Positions 38,226 to 43,174 of a DNA stretch of 43,174 nucleotides are shown here, one piece after another. The stretch spans positions 1-43,174 of the forward strand of contig JAWOFP010000060.1 of assembly GCA_046497485.1 (NCBI GenBank). Direction: 5' to 3'. The DNA comes from Candidatus Nanohaloarchaea archaeon. GTDB lineage: Archaea > Nanohalarchaeota > Nanosalinia > Nanosalinales > Nanosalinaceae. The stretch's first letter is position 1. Every line of letters begins with the position of its first letter. Under the pieces are notes generated by a model that did no database searches, was not told the DNA's origin, and saw only the letters and a program-made list of their open reading frames with translations. The position numbers and the translations under genes are program-made.

Positions 38226-39062
38226 ATGAATCTCAAAGTTGGTGCGCATGTATCGGTAGCTGGAGGAGCTCAAAAAGCATTTGAAAGACAGGAAGAAGTC
38301 GGAGGAAACTGTGGACAGATTTTTGCTGGAAGCCCAAGGACTTGGAGCGTGAAAGAATACTCAGAAAAAGAGGCCTCAAAGTTTAGAGAATCTCAAGAAG
38401 AATACGGTCAGGCTCCTTATGTGATTCACTCGACCTACTTGGTAAACTTGGCGACACCTAAAGATGACTTACTAGAAAAATCAAAGAACTGCATTCAGAA
38501 AGAGCTTTATGCCGCCGAACAACTAGGAATAGAGTATGTGGTTTTCCATCCAGGAGCCCATACTGGTTCAGGGAGAGAAGCAGGAATTGATACTATAACT
38601 TCTGCAGTCGATGATTTAGATATTCCAAAATCAGTTACTCTATTATTCGAGAATACTGCTGGAAAAGGTACTACTTTAGGTAAATCCTTTGGAGAGTTAA
38701 GGCAAATGGTTGAAGCCACAGAACAGGAAAATGTTGGAGTCTGCATCGATACCTGTCATGCTCACGCAGCAGGATACAATCTTTCAGATGAGCAGGGATT
38801 TGAGGATATGATGCAGGAAATTAGAGAGGATTTAGGCCTTGAGAATGTAGAAGTTTTGCACTTAAACGATTCAAAGGATGAACTCGGTTCCGAGAAGGAT
38901 AACCATGAGCATATCGGTGAAGGAAATATTGGAGAGGAGGGATTTTCAAATATAGTGAACTCCGAAGACTTTGAAGATCTTCCTATGATGTTAGAGACTC
39001 CGAATACTGATGAAAAAGGCTATAAGGAGAATATTGAGAGGATTAAGGCCTTGAGGAACTAA
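38226..39062 (+). CDS. nfo: Endonuclease IV
   Basis: GAHVS, HSTYLVNLA, FHPG, ENTAG, CIDTCH, HLNDS, HEHIG and ETP motifs. Confidence 0.96.
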   Translation: MNLKVGAHVSVAGGAQKAFERQEEVGGNCGQIFAGSPRTWSVKEYSEKEASKFRESQEEYGQAPYVIHSTYLVNLATPKDDLLEKSKNCIQKELYAAEQLGIEYVVFHPGAHTGSGREAGIDTITSAVDDLDIPKSVTLLFENTAGKGTTLGKSFGELRQMVEATEQENVGVCIDTCHAHAAGYNLSDEQGFEDMMQEIREDLGLENVEVLHLNDSKDELGSEKDNHEHIGEGNIGEEGFSNIVNSEDFEDLPMMLETPNTDEKGYKENIERIKALRN

Positions 39063-39394
39063 GGTTGGTAGCTCCAGGAGGAGTCTATTGATTCTATGCT
39101 TTCTATATTGTATTCTTTTCCTGGATCGTCTACGCATACTTCTCTGTAGGCTCTTTCAACAATTTCAACATCACCAGAATATATTTTGTTTCCATCGTTA
39201 TTTGAGAATATGAATCTTACTGTCTCCCCATCAATTTCGGGGTTGACTCCTCTATAACATACTTCTCCGTCTTCTCTAATTATCTCAGATGTTGGTTCGC
39301 TATCAAGATAATCATATGTTGCTTTATACGCCCCACCTGCTGTCAATCCAAAAAGTTTTCCAAATTCTCTGCGCGTAGAATCATTCATAGTCAC
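39059..39394 (-). CDS. Hypothetical protein with twin-arginine-like N-terminus
   Basis: STRREFGKLFGL at the N-terminus and a Cys pair. Confidence 0.55.
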   Translation of the reverse strand: MTMNDSTRREFGKLFGLTAGGAYKATYDYLDSEPTSEIIREDGEVCYRGVNPEIDGETVRFIFSNNDGNKIYSGDVEIVERAYREVCVDDPGKEYNIESIESIDSSWSYQP

Positions 39395-39529
39395 TGATTA
39401 CTCACAAAATTTAAAATCTCCTTTTTCTTATCGAAACCTCCATCATTAAAACGTTCTTCCTTCAATATTTCTTTAGAGACAAAATATCATTTTGTTATCT
39501 AAGAACTATCTAATTAAGGTTAAATTAAA

Positions 39530-40030
39530 ATGACGGAAATACACGATAATCAGAGAGTTGGCGTCTTTGTAGACGTCCAAAATATGTACTACAGTGCAAA
39601 AAATCTATACAACAGCAAAGTAGACTTCAAAAAAGTTCTTCATTCAGCTACAATGAATAGAAAGCTTATCAGGGCTTCAGCTTATGTAATTAAAGCTGAT
39701 ACGCCTGATGAAGAGAATTTCTTTGAGGCCTTGAGAAAAATTGGCTATGAAGTCAAGATTAAGGAATTGAAGGAATTCTATGGCGGACAGAAGAAAGGCG
39801 ACTGGGACTTAGGAATGACAGTAGATATGGTCCAGCAGGCGAAGAAGCTTGACACAGTCGTACTTGTAACTGGTGACGGAGACTTCGCAGTATTAGTCGA
39901 TCATCTCAGAGCGATGGGGACTCGTGTCGAGGTAATGAGTTTCGGCAAGTCATCCGCTAAAGAGATTAGGGAAGCGGCCGATAACTTCATAGACATGGAT
40001 GAGAACAGTGAAAAATACTTGGTGAACTAA
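39530..40030 (+). CDS. NYN domain protein (LabA/DUF88)
   Basis: VFVDVQNMYY, KGDWD and VTGDGDF motifs. Confidence 0.93.
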   Translation: MTEIHDNQRVGVFVDVQNMYYSAKNLYNSKVDFKKVLHSATMNRKLIRASAYVIKADTPDEENFFEALRKIGYEVKIKELKEFYGGQKKGDWDLGMTVDMVQQAKKLDTVVLVTGDGDFAVLVDHLRAMGTRVEVMSFGKSSAKEIREAADNFIDMDENSEKYLVN

Positions 40031-40032
40031 AA

Positions 40033-41187
40033 ATGAGATCTATTCATGATGTGTCTGCAAAAGAAGTAATGAACACAGATCCAAAAACTGTTGAAATAAC
40101 AGACAGCCTAGGAAGCGTCAAAGACATGATGGAAGACGAAGGCCTGAGAGCTGTCCCTGTAGAACATGACGGAGAATTTAAAGGCGTTATCAGCTACAGA
40201 GAACTCATCAGGCACGCTCAGTACAATCCTGGAGCTTCCAAGCTCGAAAAAGTGCTGCACAATCCTCCAGAATTTGAGGCCTCAGACTCATTAGTAGATG
40301 TTGCCAGCCTCAGAATTGAATCTGGAAGAAAGATGATTGTTAATCTTGAAGGAGATACACTGAAAGGCCTTATCGGAGACCAGGAATTCTTGGAAGTAGC
40401 TGGAGATATCAAAGAGTTCGATAGATACTCTACCCGTAATCTTGCTTCCGATGAAGTTATCAGAGTCTTCGAAGAAGATCCTCTTGACAAAGCCAGGAAT
40501 ACAATGTTAGACAACAATATTTCCCGGCTACCTGTGCTTGATTCAGAAGGGACGCTTTCAGGTATAATCAGATCAACTGATTTATTGAAGATGCTTGTAG
40601 TTCCAGAATCTCAGAGCGACTCTGGCGGCAGTTCAAGAGAGAAAGACGGCTCACTTAGAGGATCAGGTGAGAAGGAGTCAATGTCCGACATCCCTGTAGA
40701 AGAGGTTATGAACCGTAATCCTCTGGAGATTGAAGGTTACGGAGACGCGGTAGATGCTGTGAAGAAGATGAAGCAGAACGGCCAGACCGATGTTATAATC
40801 ACTAACAACGGTTATCCTGAAGCAGTTCTGACAGTGAAGGACTTCGTCCAGTATATAATGGATCAGAGTCAGCACAACATGGTTCTAGTAAACCTTGTAG
40901 GCCTAGAAGTTGAAGAAGAAAAGGCTGCTGTCCATGAACAGATCGAGAAGCAGCTCAGAGGATCGCTCGGTAGAAAAGTCGAGGAGCCTGAGGAGCTCTC
41001 GATGCATTTCAAGAAGAAAGATAAGGATGGGAAAAAACACCGCTATGAAGTGATTGCGAAGTTCTACTCTGAACTTGGGATTACGACCACAACCGAAGAG
41101 GACTGGGACTTAATGAATGTAGTAGACCAGGCCTTAGACGATATCAATACCCAGGTAAGAAAAGAGAAGGACAAAGAGAAACCTTAA
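40033..41187 (+). CDS. CBS-domain protein with C-terminal HPF/RaiA-like domain (putative ribosome hibernation factor)
   Basis: Four CBS repeats, then ...RYEVIAKF...EEDWDLMNVVDQALDDINTQVRKEK. Confidence 0.78.
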   Translation: MRSIHDVSAKEVMNTDPKTVEITDSLGSVKDMMEDEGLRAVPVEHDGEFKGVISYRELIRHAQYNPGASKLEKVLHNPPEFEASDSLVDVASLRIESGRKMIVNLEGDTLKGLIGDQEFLEVAGDIKEFDRYSTRNLASDEVIRVFEEDPLDKARNTMLDNNISRLPVLDSEGTLSGIIRSTDLLKMLVVPESQSDSGGSSREKDGSLRGSGEKESMSDIPVEEVMNRNPLEIEGYGDAVDAVKKMKQNGQTDVIITNNGYPEAVLTVKDFVQYIMDQSQHNMVLVNLVGLEVEEEKAAVHEQIEKQLRGSLGRKVEEPEELSMHFKKKDKDGKKHRYEVIAKFYSELGITTTTEEDWDLMNVVDQALDDINTQVRKEKDKEKP

Positions 41188-41528
41188 AGGGTTTCATCAT
41201 TTTTCATTTTCTCAATTTTTGATTCTGTAGATAAGCTGAGCTTTCTGAATGATAGAGTGTTCCACATCAGGTAGATGAATACAAATATTAGTGAAATAAA
41301 TAGTGGGTACTGTGCGAAAGGCACGTCTGTAAGCGCAGCTGTATAGTATGCCCAGTATCCTAGGAACAACAACATTACGCCGATTAAAAGCAATAATCTT
41401 TGAGAGAACTCCTGAATTATTTCATCTTCTATCCTCTTTGAAGTATTGTAAACTATAAAGAAGCTCACCAGGCCTATACTAAGAGTGAGCGCAGTACTAA
41501 CTGCAAAAAGCATCTGATTTATAGGCAT
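41184..41528 (-). CDS. Small membrane protein
   Basis: Three TM helices. Confidence 0.65.
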   Translation of the reverse strand: MPINQMLFAVSTALTLSIGLVSFFIVYNTSKRIEDEIIQEFSQRLLLLIGVMLLFLGYWAYYTAALTDVPFAQYPLFISLIFVFIYLMWNTLSFRKLSLSTESKIEKMKNDETL

Positions 41529-41564
41529 AGCTACAACTTGCTAAAGTCCAAATATAAAAACCTG

Positions 41565-42506
41565 CTATAAGGCCGATAATAGGAACAGAACAAATAAGAT
41601 TGATAATCCAAATAAAACAATTTTCAGGTTGTCAGCGAGTTTTTCACGGTAGTCTGTTAGAGGCTTAACATTAAATCCGATTAAGACGAGGTATCCGGCC
41701 AGTACTGCTGCTAAAAGGTTTATCAGTAATACTTCTAGGCCTAAAAACATTTTTGAAAAGTTTTGAAGGAATAAGGCCTCAGCTGAAACAACTGCTGGAG
41801 GAACTATTGCTACTGCAAGCGCTGCACCAGCCATCTCCTCCTTATACTCGGATATGAATGTAAGTACCGCTGCTCCTCCTACAAATACTGATAAAGCGAT
41901 TACTTCAAGGCCATCAAGTAAAACATTGATTTCTGCTTCTCCAAAGATTGCAAATACAGGGATTGAGGATAGAGCAACGAGTAAAGTCCCCAGACTTATC
42001 GATTTTAGACTTGAAGCCAACATTTTGCTGTCTCCCATAGCCATAGAAACTGATAGAGATGAAAGTGGGTAAAGTAAAGGCGCTAACAGTATTGCGCCAA
42101 TTAAAACTATTAAGTTTCCTGTTGTCAGGCCTATTCCTGCGATCGCACCAGCTAGGCCTAGCATTACCCACTGTGCACGGTTTAAAGTTGCGGACTTCTG
42201 AGCCTTACTGTAAATCTCCTGGTTGGAAAGTATGCTGTTGGATGCTCCTTTTGTCGAAGCGCCTTTTTCTATAAGGCTTTCTTGTTCGAAGACTTTGATG
42301 CTTAAGTCGCCTGAATCAACATCCAAGGCCTTTAATTCATCTGTTAATTCATCCAAATCTTCTTGGCTTATTGTAGCGGTCAGTTCAATAAACTTGCTGT
42401 CCTTCTTCTCAATTTCGGAAGAGCTGATCTCATCGGTGTACTCTTTGATTACTTCCTCTGCATCGTCCTCAAACTTTGAAGGGATATCTATCTTTACTTC
42501 CCGCAT
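41565..42506 (-). CDS. DUF389/TIGR00341 family membrane protein
   Basis: IGAILLAPL and GAALAVAIVPP motifs with a soluble N-terminal domain. Confidence 0.85.
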   Translation of the reverse strand: MREVKIDIPSKFEDDAEEVIKEYTDEISSSEIEKKDSKFIELTATISQEDLDELTDELKALDVDSGDLSIKVFEQESLIEKGASTKGASNSILSNQEIYSKAQKSATLNRAQWVMLGLAGAIAGIGLTTGNLIVLIGAILLAPLLYPLSSLSVSMAMGDSKMLASSLKSISLGTLLVALSSIPVFAIFGEAEINVLLDGLEVIALSVFVGGAAVLTFISEYKEEMAGAALAVAIVPPAVVSAEALFLQNFSKMFLGLEVLLINLLAAVLAGYLVLIGFNVKPLTDYREKLADNLKIVLFGLSILFVLFLLSAL

Positions 42507-42538
42507 AGAAATACTAGGCCTTTCATTCCATATAAATT

Positions 42539-43174
42539 TCAGGACCTGACTTTGAGGTTATCTCTTTGATAAGCGCTCAAAATTCTTCCTGATAACTCGC
42601 TGCTTTTAGTCAGTGAAACTTCCCCGGATTTTCCTACTGTAGCTGTGAATAGAAACTCGTCGCCGTCATAGACATCGACTTCTTTACCAGACAACGACTC
42701 TGCTACATCTACTATTACTGAGTTACCGGATTCACGGACATCAAAGTCTACTTCAGACTTCAAGGTCTGAGACTTGGGCTCGACTGTTATGTTCAGGCCT
42801 AAATCCTTCTCCAGTTTGTCTATATTTTCTCCACCTTTTCCAATTACTTGGGAAATCTCATCTTCCTCTACAAACATTTTGATGTGGTTGTCCGAGATAA
42901 ATTCAATTTCTGGATTGTCTACTCGTCCTCTTAGAAAGTGCTCGATCTGTTCCTTCGCCAGTTTTTCAGCACCGGATTCTTCTCTTTCATCAACCGGTAT
43001 AACAACGGTCTCCTCGCCGTAAGTATAGACTTCGTAAACTGGCCTAGAGTCTTCAAATGTCCTGATCTGGATAACAGGCCTTGCTAGGTCTTCTTCCGTC
43101 ATTCCTTCTGGAACTTTTACAACCATTTCAAGCTCGTAGACTTCCGCTACTTCTGCATCTTCGATAAATATTAC
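42539..43174 (-). CDS. PINA (PIN-domain ATPase with KH domain), 5'-partial
   Basis: The frame is open to the window end: VIFIEDAEVAEVYELEMVVKVPEGMTEEDLARPV, KH motif VIGKGG and FLFTATVGKSG. Confidence 0.9.
   Translation of the reverse strand, partial: VIFIEDAEVAEVYELEMVVKVPEGMTEEDLARPVIQIRTFEDSRPVYEVYTYGEETVVIPVDEREESGAEKLAKEQIEHFLRGRVDNPEIEFISDNHIKMFVEEDEISQVIGKGGENIDKLEKDLGLNITVEPKSQTLKSEVDFDVRESGNSVIVDVAESLSGKEVDVYDGDEFLFTATVGKSGEVSLTKSSELSGRILSAYQRDNLKVRS

Larger units (their letters stand above)
303..43081. repeat. Dispersed, highly iterated palindrome AGGCCT (about 140 copies)
   Basis: Manual count about 140, roughly one per 300 bp. Examples: 303, 572, 613, 2177, 3910, 4013, 5863, 34310, 34412, 42516. 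Confidence 0.92.

Noticed and set aside
44..43022. Numerous short antisense or alternate-frame ORFs (60-125 aa) in the track
   Set aside because: They are shadows of well-supported genes and lack the acidic composition and motifs of real proteins here.
1..43174. CRISPR array, rRNA, IS elements, inteins
   Set aside because: No regularly spaced repeats or long non-coding tracts were seen. RfcS and Lhr have normal lengths without intein motifs.

Overview
Gene-dense archaeal chromosome segment, about 40% GC by eye, with a very acidic proteome and tiny or overlapping intergenic gaps. This fits a halophilic DPANN archaeon, most likely Nanohaloarchaeota (inference). It contains the 3' end of gatE, a thermosome gene, and a large type IV pilus locus (ATPase, two TadB/C-type proteins, 8 class III signal-peptide proteins including a LamG-like lectin-pilin). 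It also has RFC small and large subunits, Lhr helicase, a BatA/vWA pair, nucleotide, repair and redox genes, an intron-containing tRNA-Trp, a CBS+HPF-like putative ribosome hibernation factor and the 3' end of a PINA ATPase. The most striking unexplained signal is the palindrome AGGCCT. It occurs about 140 times by manual count versus about 6 expected, in all three codon phases, in intergenic DNA and inside the tRNA intron, resembling the cyanobacterial HIP1 highly iterated palindrome. The tRNA-Trp intron appears to carry a minimal C/D guide with box D before box C that targets C34. No CRISPR array, rRNA, integrase or transposase was seen.
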